DNA of 64,000 bases from an uncultured bacterium (GCA_963727525.1 CAVSGO010000007.1:128001-192000); one strand, 5' to 3'. Shown: positions 1-10,080, counted from the first letter of the stretch. Notes: generated by a model from the letters alone, not told the origin. Program-made: numbers and translations.

Positions 1-1218
1 GACATCGACACCCAGCTCACCGACCAGCCTCGCGTGCGCGGTCGCCTCCTCGCGTCGATGGGCAACGCCTATCGTCAGCTCGGCTATTACCGCGAGTCAC
101 GTCCGCTCCTCGAACAGGCCGTGGTACTCCAGCGCGAGGCACTCGGCCCGGACGACCCCCGCGTCGCCCGCAGCCACTACGTGCTGGCCGGCCTCTTGCG
201 GCGGCTCGGTGAGTTCGACGCGGCTCGCGAACACTATCAAGCGGCGCTCGACATCCGGGAACGCGCTCGGATACCCGGCGACGTCGCCGTCAGTCTCGGC
301 GGCCTCGCCAACCTCGACGTGGACGTGGGGCGGCTTGACGAGGCCTGCGATCTCTACCGCCGCGCGCTGGCCATCACGGCCGAGGTTTCCGGCCGCGATT
401 CGCCGCGCTTTGCCTCGCAGCTGTCCGGCCTGGCTCTCGCGCAGTGGCACCTCGGGAACGCCGACTCGGCCCGCACCGCGCTCGAACGCGTCGTCGCGAT
501 CCAGCGCGGCACGCTGGCCCCGGACAACCTCGACCTCGCCTGGAGTCTGACCACCCTCGCCGGCTTCTATGCGCAGGGCGAACAGAACGCGCGGGCCCGT
601 GCGCTCTCGGAGGAAGCGCTCGCCGTGCAGGAGCGCGCGCTCGGACCCAACCACACGGACGTGGCGGAGACCCTGGACGTCCTGGCGAATCTCGATCGCC
701 TGGAGGGTCGCGACGCGCAGGCGCTCGCCCTGCACCAGCGCGAGGTGGCGATCTGGGAGAAGGCGGTCGGCACGGAGAATCCGACCTACGCCATGGCTCT
801 CGAACACCTCGCCCGCGACCTGGCCAGCGTCGGGCGCCTCGACGAGGCGATCGCCGCGGCTGAACATTCCCGCGAGGTCTTCGCCCGGAACTTCCCCGCG
901 AATCACCGTGCCGTGACCAAGAACCAGATCATCCTCGCCACCCTGTACCGCGATGCCGGACAGCCCGCGCGAGCCCGGCCGCTGCTCGAGGCTGCCCTGG
1001 CCACCCGCGAACGGGAATTCGGTAACGACAGCCGCGGGGTTCTCGAGGTGGAAATCGAGCTTGGCCGGACCTGCCAGGTGCAGCAACGATGGGCCGAGGC
1101 GCGGCGGCACTACGAGCGCGCTCTGGGGATCGCCGAGAAGGCCGAAGATGAACCCCGGTTGGTGCGCGTGATCCAGGACGAGATGCAGACCGTGGCGCTT
1201 CAACCGGCCGGCCGATGA
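1..1218 (+). CDS. TPR-repeat protein, 5' partial; resembles the TPR C-terminus of Ser/Thr kinase-TPR proteins
   Basis: Frame is open from base 1; repeated ~42-aa TPR units (ALxxxERALGPxHxDVAxxL); stop at 1218. Confidence 0.85.
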   Translation, partial: DIDTQLTDQPRVRGRLLASMGNAYRQLGYYRESRPLLEQAVVLQREALGPDDPRVARSHYVLAGLLRRLGEFDAAREHYQAALDIRERARIPGDVAVSLGGLANLDVDVGRLDEACDLYRRALAITAEVSGRDSPRFASQLSGLALAQWHLGNADSARTALERVVAIQRGTLAPDNLDLAWSLTTLAGFYAQGEQNARARALSEEALAVQERALGPNHTDVAETLDVLANLDRLEGRDAQALALHQREVAIWEKAVGTENPTYAMALEHLARDLASVGRLDEAIAAAEHSREVFARNFPANHRAVTKNQIILATLYRDAGQPARARPLLEAALATREREFGNDSRGVLEVEIELGRTCQVQQRWAEARRHYERALGIAEKAEDEPRLVRVIQDEMQTVALQPAGR

Positions 1219-1567
1219 CTGCCCGGGTCGTGCACGGTCGCCGTCCACTCGCTCGGAGGAAGTCCCTCTGCGCGGAGATGGCCGGATCGCTCAGATTGTC
1301 GACGCCGTCTTCCCAGTGATCCGCGATCGGACCGTATTGAGGGGTGTACGGGATGGCGAAGCGTCCGTGCTCGAGCCGTATGGCGAACAGGGCAAATCCG
1401 GTGCGGTCCCCGTCGACGAGCTTGAGATGAGGGAGGATCACATGATGTCGATGCCAGGGGAAGATGGTCGAGATTGATTGCTTACACCTGAGCGGCGCAT
1501 CGCCGTTCTGGCTGTGTCTCTAGCCGGCCGTGACGGGCGCGATCCTGGTCGTTCTTGCTGGCTGGAT

Positions 1568-1598
1568 GGCGCGGCGTTTCGGTGGCGGACGCCGCGCC
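1568..1598 (-). terminator. GC-rich hairpin just downstream of the lipoprotein gene
   Basis: GGCGCGGCGT...ACGCCGCGCC inverted repeat ~10 nt after the stop at 1609; no strong U-tract. Confidence 0.4.
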
Positions 1599-1608
1599 GA
1601 TCCCAATA

Positions 1609-2217
1609 TCAACCGGTGCGATCGAGCCAGCGCAGGATCTGGTAGCCTGGCTGTACCACCTCGCCGTCGGACACGATGTCGTCGCGCACGACCTCGAAGA
1701 TACACAGGCCGCGCACCTCGAGATCCACGTCCCGCGAACGCTCGAAGCGCACCTGGACGGCATAGGTGCGCGACAGCACCTCGCGCGTACCGGCCGCTGT
1801 CGTGACGACCGTCCACGGTCCCTGTGCCTCGCAGCGCACGAACACGATCCGGTCGATTCCAGCGATCGTGACTCCGTCCTTCACGCGGTCGTGACCGCTG
1901 AACATGTTGGCGGTGATGCGCAGCTCCTCATCGCGACCCCACGACGCCGGCTGTCCCAGCGCCACGTCGCTCGGATCGAGTTCGAACACGAAGTCGCGAT
2001 GCAACGTCGCCGCGAACCCCTCCAGGTCGCGAGTACCATAGGCCGCCATGAAGTTGGCCATCAACTGGTCGGCCGACATGGCCAGCGGGTATGCCTTGGC
2101 CTGCGGATTCGGCATCACGATGCTGTCGTCGGCCTGGCAACCGAGCAGCAGCCAGGCAAGCGTCAGCAGGATCAGGGTCATCGTGGCGATGATGGCGTGA
2201 GTGAGGATGGACTTCAT
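1609..2217 (-). CDS. Hypothetical lipoprotein, possibly NTF2/SnoaL-like fold
   Basis: AAGGAGG RBS before ATG at 2217; signal peptide with lipobox LLGC; 'AYGTRDLEGFAATLHRDFVF' is SnoaL-like. Confidence 0.7.
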   Translation of the reverse strand: MKSILTHAIIATMTLILLTLAWLLLGCQADDSIVMPNPQAKAYPLAMSADQLMANFMAAYGTRDLEGFAATLHRDFVFELDPSDVALGQPASWGRDEELRITANMFSGHDRVKDGVTIAGIDRIVFVRCEAQGPWTVVTTAAGTREVLSRTYAVQVRFERSRDVDLEVRGLCIFEVVRDDIVSDGEVVQPGYQILRWLDRTG

Positions 2218-2286
2218 GGTGGACCTCCTTGATCGCGTGGGGATCTCGGCACCTGCACCGGTACTCCAGCCTCTTCCGGATGTGCG

Positions 2287-2317
2287 AAGACGCACGGATA
2301 CGAACTCCGTGCGTCTT
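2287..2317. repeat. Perfect 12-bp inverted repeat (terminator or operator)
   Basis: AAGACGCACGGA-7nt-TCCGTGCGTCTT between the SGNH gene stop and the lipoprotein start. Confidence 0.6.
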
Positions 2318-2437
2318 TGTAAATCTTATATCTATAGCGACTTACGTGGCTTTGTCGCCGTCTCGTGACGTTACGGTGCGTCGCGCCGGCTGTCAAGATC
2401 GGTCAGTTCGATTGCGCGCGTCGCGTCCGATGTCGCT

Positions 2438-3796
2438 TCAGTATTGCGTCCGGTGCTGTCGATACTGATCCACGCGCTTCTGCAACGCGGTACGGCGCGG
2501 CTGCGTGTCGGCGGAATCGCCGAGTGCGGCGATGGCGGCCTCGGCGTCGCGGATGGCGGCGTCGAACTCGCCAGCTGCGGCGTGAGCGGCGGCGCGTACA
2601 TCCAGCACGTCGGCCGACGGCGGCTGGTCGGCCAGGGCGGCGAGTGCGCGCGCCCCGTCGCGCAAACTGTCGACCGGGCAGGTGGCGAGGGCCCAGGCCC
2701 ATGTCACGCGAGGCACCGGATCAGCGGGCGCGGCCTCGACAGCGGAGTGCAGCGCGGCGAGCGCGGCGGGCCAGTGGCCCTGTTGCCGCCGCACCTCGCC
2801 GAGGATCGACCACGCGACCGGAAGGTCGGCGCCCTCGCGTCCGCCGAGACCGGGCACGATATCGCGGATGTGCTGGGCGAGCACCGCGGCCAGTACGAGG
2901 TGCCCGATCTGGGTGGGATGGATGCCGTCGCGCATGAGCAACTCCGGCCAGGAAGCGATGGCTGCATAGACGCCGGCCGCATCGACGACGTCGGCCCCGG
3001 TCTCGTCGCCGACCTGACGCACGAGCGTGAGGTACTCCTCGTGCAGGCCGGTGGGATCGTCATCGGGTAGCACGTTGCCGTTCTCGATCAGCCGCGCGCC
3101 CGCCTCGGCGGTGATGTGGTGCGGCGCCAGCACGAGCACCGGCTGCGCGCCCCGGGCACGCAGGTCGGCGATCATGGCGCGCAGGTTCGCGGCGTAGTCG
3201 TCGGGCGCTACGCGCAGCGGCGGCGGCTGGTGCGGCTTGACGAGCAGGTTCAGCAGGCGCAGCCGCGTCGGCCGCAGCAGGTGGGCCAGCTCGCGATCGC
3301 GGAATCCCGTGGACCGCCAGTGGTCGTTCCAGCCGAAATAGATCACGACCACGTCGGGTGCGAGATCGAGCAATCCCCGCTCGAGCCACGCGCGTCCCTG
3401 GTACGTCGTGTAGCCAGGCAGGGACGCGTTGTAGACCTCGGCGCCGGCCAGGAAACGCTCCATGGCCAGGGAGTAGGGCACGCCCGCGTCAGTGAGGCGC
3501 GTGCAGGAATCGCCGAGGCAGAGCACGCGCGGCTTGCCGTCGCGCGCGGGCATGGTCTCGCGCGGCCGCAGGAACCGGTCGGGTCGATCGTAGTCGAGCC
3601 CCGGCTTTGCCTCGCGCCACAGGAATACCGGATCGGCCACCATCACGCCCGAGGCGATGCGTGCGGCCGTGTTCTTATCGAGGATCAGACCGGGCTTCAG
3701 CGGACCCGCGCCCGTGATGCGCAGGGCCACCTCGGCCAGCACCAGGGTCACGACCATCGCGGCGAGCGCGAGCAGCAGTTTCTTCACGGCCGCCAA
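2438..3796 (-). CDS. SGNH/GDSL hydrolase with N-terminal membrane anchor and C-terminal TPR
   Basis: Blocks LGDS, GWND and DGIHP; TPR-like tail; abuts the upstream S8 gene. Confidence 0.85.
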   Translation of the reverse strand: MAAVKKLLLALAAMVVTLVLAEVALRITGAGPLKPGLILDKNTAARIASGVMVADPVFLWREAKPGLDYDRPDRFLRPRETMPARDGKPRVLCLGDSCTRLTDAGVPYSLAMERFLAGAEVYNASLPGYTTYQGRAWLERGLLDLAPDVVVIYFGWNDHWRSTGFRDRELAHLLRPTRLRLLNLLVKPHQPPPLRVAPDDYAANLRAMIADLRARGAQPVLVLAPHHITAEAGARLIENGNVLPDDDPTGLHEEYLTLVRQVGDETGADVVDAAGVYAAIASWPELLMRDGIHPTQIGHLVLAAVLAQHIRDIVPGLGGREGADLPVAWSILGEVRRQQGHWPAALAALHSAVEAAPADPVPRVTWAWALATCPVDSLRDGARALAALADQPPSADVLDVRAAAHAAAGEFDAAIRDAEAAIAALGDSADTQPRRTALQKRVDQYRQHRTQY

Positions 3797-6700
3797 TTAC
3801 TTCACCAGCGCCATGCGGTGGACCTCGTCGTGGACCCCGCTGCGCACGCGGTAGAAGTAGACGCCTGCCGCCACGGCGCGACCCTGCCCATCGTCGCCGG
3901 CCCAGCGCACGGTGTGTTCGGCGGCCGGCAGTTCGGCGTCCACGAGGGTCTTGACGCGTCGCCCGGCAATGTCGTAGACGACCACCGTCGTGGGTGCTGC
4001 GGCAGACAGCGCGAAGCGGATCGTGGTCTGCGGATTGAAGGGGTTCGGGTACGCGGGATCCACGCGGAAGGCCACTGGCACGCCCGGCAGATCGTCCTGA
4101 ACACCCACGCCGCCCGAGCAATTCACATCGAGGGCGCCGATGAGACCACAGCCGCCGCTGTGGTCCGGTGCGCAGGGTGAGTTGTCGGCGATGGTGTAGT
4201 CGTCGGCCCCGGCGTCGCAGAACAGGGGGTTGGCGGCGATGTTGCCGTCACTGCCGGTAGGATCGGTCACGCCGCCGTAGGCCGCGTTGTCGTTGCCGAA
4301 GGCGTCGTCGCAGGCGAAGGTCGCCGTGCCGCCGACCACGTGGAAGCCGTTGCCGTAGGCGGCACCCCCGGTGTTGAAGGCGCTGATGGTATTGCTCGCC
4401 GACAGCGTGGATCCGGAGGCATAGAGTCCGCCGCCGCCGCCGCCGCCGTTGTTCGCGGTGAGCGTGAGGTTCGCGACCGTCGCGTCCGGACAGTTCTCGA
4501 TGATCGCGGCCCCGCCCCAGAACTGCGCCGTGTTGCCGGCGACGACGGAATTCGTGAGCACGCAATCCGGACTGGCCGTCACATGGACCCCGCCGCCGAT
4601 GTTGGCCTCGTTGCCGGTCACCGTCAGGCCGGTCGCGGCCACGGTGGCGCCGCTGGCGTAGAGCCCGCCGCCGGCCATGAAGGTGCTCGTGGCGAGCCGG
4701 ATGTTGTCGGCAAGCGTGACGTCGGTGAGGGAGAGGTCGCCGCCCACCTGGGCGATGCCACCGCCGCTGGCCCTGGCGGAGTTGCCCACCACCGCGCCGC
4801 CGCTCATCGTGAGGCTCGTGCTCGCGCCGAAGCCGCCGGCGTAGATACCGCCGCCCTGCTCGGTACCCAGGTGTCCGGAGACCGTGCAGTCGGTGAGCAC
4901 GATCGAGGTGTCCACGGCATGCAGACCGCCGCCGCGGGCGGGGTAGGTCCCGTTGTCGGTGATCACGGCGTTGTCGGCGATCGTCACGCTCGTGAACGTG
5001 GGCGATCCGAGGTACACGAATACGCCGGCGCCGTAGATGCCGGTGTTCGCGGTCACCGCGATGTTCTCGAGCACTGCGGTCGAGTTGTAGAGTGCGATGC
5101 CGCCGCCCAGTCCCAGCTCGCCGCTGCCACCGACGCTGTTGCCCGTGAGCATGAGATTGCGCAGCGTGGGCGACGTCTGGTTCAGCATGATGCCGCCACC
5201 GTAGCGGCCGCTATAGGGGATGTTGGAGAAGAGCCGACCGCCGCCGCCCTGGATCCGGAAACCGTCTACCTCGCACGCGTTGGTGATACTTCCGGTGAAC
5301 TGCAGGGCGGGATTCGCCAGGTTTCCCGTGATCACGGTGGGCGTGCCCAGGGGATCGCGGCTCGTATAGCCCGCGGCATATCCGCCGAAGATCTTCAGAC
5401 TCTTGCCGAGCAGTGTGGTGGCAGACAGGGGATGGGATGCGAGCACCTTGATGGTATCGCCCACCGCAGCCTCGTTCACGGCGTCGCGCAGGAGGAGGAA
5501 CTCGCCGGGCACCTCCTGCACATGGTCGCCGAGCGCGCGCAGGAGGTTCACGCGGCCGGAGCCGAGCTGACCCTCGAAACCGGGATTGAGTGCATCGATG
5601 CTGTCCGCCGAGTTGCGTAGGGTGGACGAGATCTGACTGGCGGAATACTGCGGATGCGCCGACCAGACCAGAGCTGCCGCGCCCGCGGTGATCGGCGAGG
5701 AGAAGCTGGTGCCCTGCGTCGAGGTGTAGAAGTGTGTGCCGTTGGTATGGTTGTACGCCGTCGTGTAGATAGCCACGCCCGGAGCGGCCAGTTCCACCCA
5801 CGTGCCGTAGCTGGAGAAGCTCGCGCGGATGTCCGAGCCGTCGGTGGCCGCGACCGCGAGTACGCGGGCATCGGGATACGAGCCGAGATAGCTGGCCACG
5901 TTGTCGTTGGCGTTGCCGGCGGCGGTGCAGATCAGACCTCCCTGTGCGAGCACGGTGGCCACGGCCGAACTGAGGAAGCTCGACGAACCCCAGGAGCAGT
6001 TGACGATCTTCGCGCCGTTGGTGACGGCGTAGACCATGCCCTGGGCCGCGAAGTCCATGCGCACGACACCCTGCGTCTCGCCGTCCGGCAGCCAGCCTAC
6101 GCGAATCGCCATCACCTTCACGCCCGGGGCGGTGGCAGCCACGCCGATGCCGTTGTCGGTGATCGGCGCCACGCAACCGGCGCAGTTGGTGCCGTGGCCC
6201 TCGTAGTCCATGGGGTCGTTATCCGGCGTGGCATCGTCCTCGTCGGGCCAGCCCTGGCCCGGCACGTCGACGAAGTCCCAGCCTCGGATGTCGTCGACCT
6301 TGCCGTTGCTGTCGTCGTCCACGCCGGGCGTGCCGTAGTATTCGTCCCAGTTCGTCCACACCGATCCGTTTACGTGGTCCGGGTGGGGGCCGCCGAGATC
6401 GGGATGCTGCCAGTCCATGCCCGAGTCGGTGATCGCCACGATGACGCTACTGTCGCCGAGCGACTCGGCCCAGCCGCCCACGGCACGGATGTCCTTGCCG
6501 CCGAGGGTGACGTTGCGCAGGAAGTACTGCTGGTCCGTGAGGTCGTTCGGGAGGAACGCGTCGCACTGCTTGCAGATGTCCACCGCCTGCGCCTTCGCCA
6601 CCTCCACGGCCCCGGCGTAGGCGGCCAACACGGTCTGCAACCCTTTCGCGGCGGGGAAATCGACGGTGTAGACACGGCCCAGCTCGTCGCGCAGCGCGTC

Positions 6701-6958
6701 GTCCTTGACCCGCCGGGCCATCTCGCCGTACAACGGTGCGACCCGCGTGACGTCGAAGCGCGCCGCCAGCGCGTCGAGTGCCGGTATTCCGAGCGCGGGG
6801 CCACCGTCGCTCTTGCCGAGATGCACCGCGACGCCCGGTGCGAGGGTGATGACCACGCGATCGGGCACCTGGCCCACGACGCCGGGATTCTCGAACGCCT
6901 GGGCACCAGCGGCGAGCAGAACCAGGATCAACGCGGGGGGCAGGATCGTCTTCATCAT
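3797..6958 (-). CDS. Secreted S8 subtilisin-like protease with Gly-rich beta-helix repeats and C-terminal FlgD-Ig/T9SS-like domain
   Basis: Signal peptide MMKTILPP; triad ITDSG, GHGTNCAG, GTSFSSP; GGG/GGA repeats; YPNPFNPQTTIRF...GVYFYRV; GAGAGG RBS. Confidence 0.9.
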   Translation of the reverse strand: MMKTILPPALILVLLAAGAQAFENPGVVGQVPDRVVITLAPGVAVHLGKSDGGPALGIPALDALAARFDVTRVAPLYGEMARRVKDDALRDELGRVYTVDFPAAKGLQTVLAAYAGAVEVAKAQAVDICKQCDAFLPNDLTDQQYFLRNVTLGGKDIRAVGGWAESLGDSSVIVAITDSGMDWQHPDLGGPHPDHVNGSVWTNWDEYYGTPGVDDDSNGKVDDIRGWDFVDVPGQGWPDEDDATPDNDPMDYEGHGTNCAGCVAPITDNGIGVAATAPGVKVMAIRVGWLPDGETQGVVRMDFAAQGMVYAVTNGAKIVNCSWGSSSFLSSAVATVLAQGGLICTAAGNANDNVASYLGSYPDARVLAVAATDGSDIRASFSSYGTWVELAAPGVAIYTTAYNHTNGTHFYTSTQGTSFSSPITAGAAALVWSAHPQYSASQISSTLRNSADSIDALNPGFEGQLGSGRVNLLRALGDHVQEVPGEFLLLRDAVNEAAVGDTIKVLASHPLSATTLLGKSLKIFGGYAAGYTSRDPLGTPTVITGNLANPALQFTGSITNACEVDGFRIQGGGGRLFSNIPYSGRYGGGIMLNQTSPTLRNLMLTGNSVGGSGELGLGGGIALYNSTAVLENIAVTANTGIYGAGVFVYLGSPTFTSVTIADNAVITDNGTYPARGGGLHAVDTSIVLTDCTVSGHLGTEQGGGIYAGGFGASTSLTMSGGAVVGNSARASGGGIAQVGGDLSLTDVTLADNIRLATSTFMAGGGLYASGATVAATGLTVTGNEANIGGGVHVTASPDCVLTNSVVAGNTAQFWGGAAIIENCPDATVANLTLTANNGGGGGGGLYASGSTLSASNTISAFNTGGAAYGNGFHVVGGTATFACDDAFGNDNAAYGGVTDPTGSDGNIAANPLFCDAGADDYTIADNSPCAPDHSGGCGLIGALDVNCSGGVGVQDDLPGVPVAFRVDPAYPNPFNPQTTIRFALSAAAPTTVVVYDIAGRRVKTLVDAELPAAEHTVRWAGDDGQGRAVAAGVYFYRVRSGVHDEVHRMALVK

Positions 6959-7114
6959 GGCGTGTGTCCTCTCACGGCAAGGGACGATGGCGCGGATGGG
7001 CGGCGCGATCGCCGCCCGGCGCGGGCGCGTGGGCGTCGCGCCGCCTACGATAGAAGAATATGGCGGTGCGATCAATTCCCGACCTCGGCGGCGTCGCCAG
7101 GGAGAGTGCAGGGC

Positions 7115-8308
7115 ATGAGCGCGAGGGATGCGACGAGACGACGCGTGCTCTTCCTCGAGTCTTACGACGGAGGCTCGCACCAGGCGTTTCGCGAGGGGCT
7201 GATGGCTCATTCGCGCCATGCCATCGATGCGCTCACGCTCCCGCCGCGCTTCTGGAAGTGGCGCATGCGGGCGGCGGCCCTGCACTTCGCCGACCGCCTT
7301 CGCGGTGGCGACGTGCCCGCATACGACGTGATCGTGGCCACGAGCCTGCTCAACGTGGCTGATCTGCGCGGACTGCTGCCGGCGCCCCTCGATCGTGCGC
7401 CCGTGCTGCTCTACATGCACGAAAATCAGCTCACCTACCCGCTCTCGCCGCAGGAGGAGTTCGATTTTCACTTCGGGTTCACGAATATCCTCAGCGCGCT
7501 GGCGGCCGACGCCCTGGTCTTCAACTCCGCGTTCCATCGCGAGGCTTTCCTCGACGCGCTGCCCACCTATCTCGCGCGCATGCCCGACGCCGTGCCGACC
7601 CACGTGCGGCCGAGGCTGGAGGCGCGCTGCCGGGTGCTGCCGGTGGGGATCGATCGAGTCCCCCTGCCGCAAGGCGCCTTCGCCCAGTATCGCGGCGGCC
7701 CGTGCGACCCGGCTGCCGGCGCCCCGTGGCCGCGCGACGGCCGCCGGCCGCTCATCCTCTGGAACCATCGCTGGGAGTTCGACAAGGAACCCGGACTGCT
7801 CGCGCGGGCCCTGCGGCGGCTCCTGGCTGACGGACTGGACTTTGGTGTGGCCCTGCTCGGCGAACCCCGGCAGAACGACAACCTGGCACGCGCCGTCGCC
7901 GGACAGCTCGGCGAGCGCTGTCTGCACTGCGGCTGGGTGGCCGATCGGGCCGCCTACGATGCCTGGCTCGGGCGCGCGGACATCGTCGTGAGCTGCGCAC
8001 AGCAGGAGTACTTCGGCATCGCCGTGGCCGAGGCGGTGCACGCCGGAGCCTATCCCGTCTTGCCACGGCGCCAGGTCTACCCGTCGTTATATGGGCGTCG
8101 TTGCGGGGGTCGGCACCTCTACGACGACGAGGATGGCTTCGTGGCCCTGCTCGCCGACCTGGTGCGCGGGCGCTGCGGCCACGTGTGCTCCCTGCAGCAA
8201 GACGCCGACGCCTGGTGCTGGAGCCGGCTCGTTCGCCACTACGACGTGGCTCTGGACGCGGCCGCCGCGGGGCGGACCGGGGGCGGTATGACCGAGGAGA
8301 CGACATGA
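7115..8308 (+). CDS. DUF3524/GT4 glycosyltransferase (GTDC1/QTMAN-like)
   Basis: LESYDGGSH, WKWRMR, YMHENQLTYP, FNSAFH, WNHRWEFDKEP and QEYFGIAVAEA motifs. Confidence 0.85.
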   Translation: MSARDATRRRVLFLESYDGGSHQAFREGLMAHSRHAIDALTLPPRFWKWRMRAAALHFADRLRGGDVPAYDVIVATSLLNVADLRGLLPAPLDRAPVLLYMHENQLTYPLSPQEEFDFHFGFTNILSALAADALVFNSAFHREAFLDALPTYLARMPDAVPTHVRPRLEARCRVLPVGIDRVPLPQGAFAQYRGGPCDPAAGAPWPRDGRRPLILWNHRWEFDKEPGLLARALRRLLADGLDFGVALLGEPRQNDNLARAVAGQLGERCLHCGWVADRAAYDAWLGRADIVVSCAQQEYFGIAVAEAVHAGAYPVLPRRQVYPSLYGRRCGGRHLYDDEDGFVALLADLVRGRCGHVCSLQQDADAWCWSRLVRHYDVALDAAAAGRTGGGMTEETT

Positions 8309-9120
8309 GCGACTATCGCGCCTTCCTGGTGGACATCGAAGGCGTGCTCGTGCGCGACAAGCGCTACCAGCCCATCCCGGGCGCGATCGCCTGGCTCAAT
8401 GGTCTCACCGCGCGCGGGATCGGATTCCGCCTCGTCAGCAACAACACCACGCACCGTCCCACCGAGCTGATCGAGGCGCTCCGCCAGCTCGGGTTCGAGG
8501 TGGCCGAGAGCCATCTCGTGGGAGCACTCGGCGCCGGCGTCGACTGGTTGCGTTCCCACGACCGCAACCGTCTGTTCTGGCTCGGCGCCGGGCGGCTGAA
8601 CGAGTACTGGCAGGAACTGGGCTTCTCGCTCGTGTCCTACGGTCAGTGCGACGCCGTCGTGCTCGGTCTGAACCAGGACGTGAGCGTCGCCGACCTCGAC
8701 CGCGCTCTCGGCCATCTCCAGGCGGGGGCCGATCTGGTGTGCCTGCACCGCAACCAGTTCTACCTGGATGACCGGGGCGAGCGACGCCTCGGCCCGGGTG
8801 CCTGGGCGGCCGCCCTGGAGGGAGCCGTGACGACTGGCCGCGTGGTCACGACCGGCAAGCCGGAGCCCACGCTGTACCACGCGGCGCTGGAAAGTCTTGG
8901 CGTGGCTCCCGAGGAGGCGCTATTTATCAGCGACGATCCGGTGGCCGACCTGGTCACCGCCCGGCGGCTGGGCCTGGCGACGGCTTTCGTCCTCAGCGGC
9001 AAGCACGCCGACGCGAGCATCCTGGACCGGCTGGATCCGGCCGATCGTCCCACCATCGTCTGCGCGCGCGCGGAAGACCTCGGAGCGAGGAGTTCGGGTG
9101 AAGGCCAACGAACAGACTGA
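8305..9120 (+). CDS. HAD subfamily IIA hydrolase (LHPP/HDHD2/NagD-like)
   Basis: DIEGVL motif I, VSNNTT, GKPEP, SDDPVADL; ATGA overlap with the upstream gene. Confidence 0.85.
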   Translation: MSDYRAFLVDIEGVLVRDKRYQPIPGAIAWLNGLTARGIGFRLVSNNTTHRPTELIEALRQLGFEVAESHLVGALGAGVDWLRSHDRNRLFWLGAGRLNEYWQELGFSLVSYGQCDAVVLGLNQDVSVADLDRALGHLQAGADLVCLHRNQFYLDDRGERRLGPGAWAAALEGAVTTGRVVTTGKPEPTLYHAALESLGVAPEEALFISDDPVADLVTARRLGLATAFVLSGKHADASILDRLDPADRPTIVCARAEDLGARSSGEGQRTD

Positions 9121-9970
9121 GGCCACGGGCAATCCCGGTCAGCGCGCACGCCTGAGCGCGCTCGCCCTGGCGGCGTGGGATCTGAACCGTCGCCAGGACG
9201 ACTCGGCGCGCGGGCGCCTCATCGCGTTGCGGACGCGGGCGCGACTGATCCAGGTGGCCGAAAGCGAGCGCAGCGTGCCGCCGGAACAGCGCTCGTTTCT
9301 CAAGATCGCCAGCGACGGTCAGGATGGTTGCCTCCTGTTGCACGGCATCACCGGCGGTCCGGCCGACATGTTGCCGCTTGGTAACCTGTTGCACGACGGG
9401 GGCTTCACCGTTTATGCCCCGATGCTCACCGGCCATGGTAGCGGTTCGCTCAGCCGCACGGAGGCGCGCTGGCGCGCGAACCTGCTGACGGCGCGGCAGT
9501 CCCACCAGATGCTACGCGCGAGTTGTCGGCGGGTCCACGTGGTGGGCACCAGCTTCGGGGCGGCGCTCGCCCTGCACATGGCCACTCGCGAACGTGTCGC
9601 CAGTCTCGCCCTGCTGGCGCCCGCCCTGATGCCGCGCGCATCCTTCGGCGTGCGATTGCTGCTCGCCCTCAATCTGCACCGACTGCCCATGATCGGCAGG
9701 CGGGTCCACTTCACGAACGACGCCCTGGAAGGCATGCGCTGGGCCCGCGAGGCCGCGCACCAGGTCACCTCGCCCATCTTCGCCGCCCAGGCGGAAGACG
9801 ACCAGGTTCTGTCGCCGACCTCGGTGCGCCTGCTGCAGAAGCGCGTGCGCCACAAGGCCTCCCGTTTCCGGGTGTTTCCCGAAGGGGGCCACGACGTCAT
9901 GAGCACTCACGGCGAAGCAGGTCTCTACCAGGAAATCCTCGAGTTCTTCCGCGAGCACCGTACCGACTGA
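9098..9970 (+). CDS. Alpha/beta-fold carboxylesterase
   Basis: LLHGITG, GTSFG nucleophile elbow, EDDQV and GGHDV; start uncertain. Confidence 0.8.
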   Translation: MKANEQTEATGNPGQRARLSALALAAWDLNRRQDDSARGRLIALRTRARLIQVAESERSVPPEQRSFLKIASDGQDGCLLLHGITGGPADMLPLGNLLHDGGFTVYAPMLTGHGSGSLSRTEARWRANLLTARQSHQMLRASCRRVHVVGTSFGAALALHMATRERVASLALLAPALMPRASFGVRLLLALNLHRLPMIGRRVHFTNDALEGMRWAREAAHQVTSPIFAAQAEDDQVLSPTSVRLLQKRVRHKASRFRVFPEGGHDVMSTHGEAGLYQEILEFFREHRTD

Positions 9971-10080
9971 GAATTCCCGCTACGGTCCCGCCTCCCGCTG
10001 CCGATATGACCTCGGGACTTCGCCGCGTCCGGCGGCGATGGCCAGAGTGCCTACCGGACCTCGAGACGGGAGAGATCGGG

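Noticed and set aside
3797..8308. Long N-terminal extensions of ORFs 3797..8041(-) and 5654..8308(+)
   Set aside because: They are antisense shadows of each other in GC-rich DNA; RBS, signal peptide and motif positions support starts at 6958 and 7115
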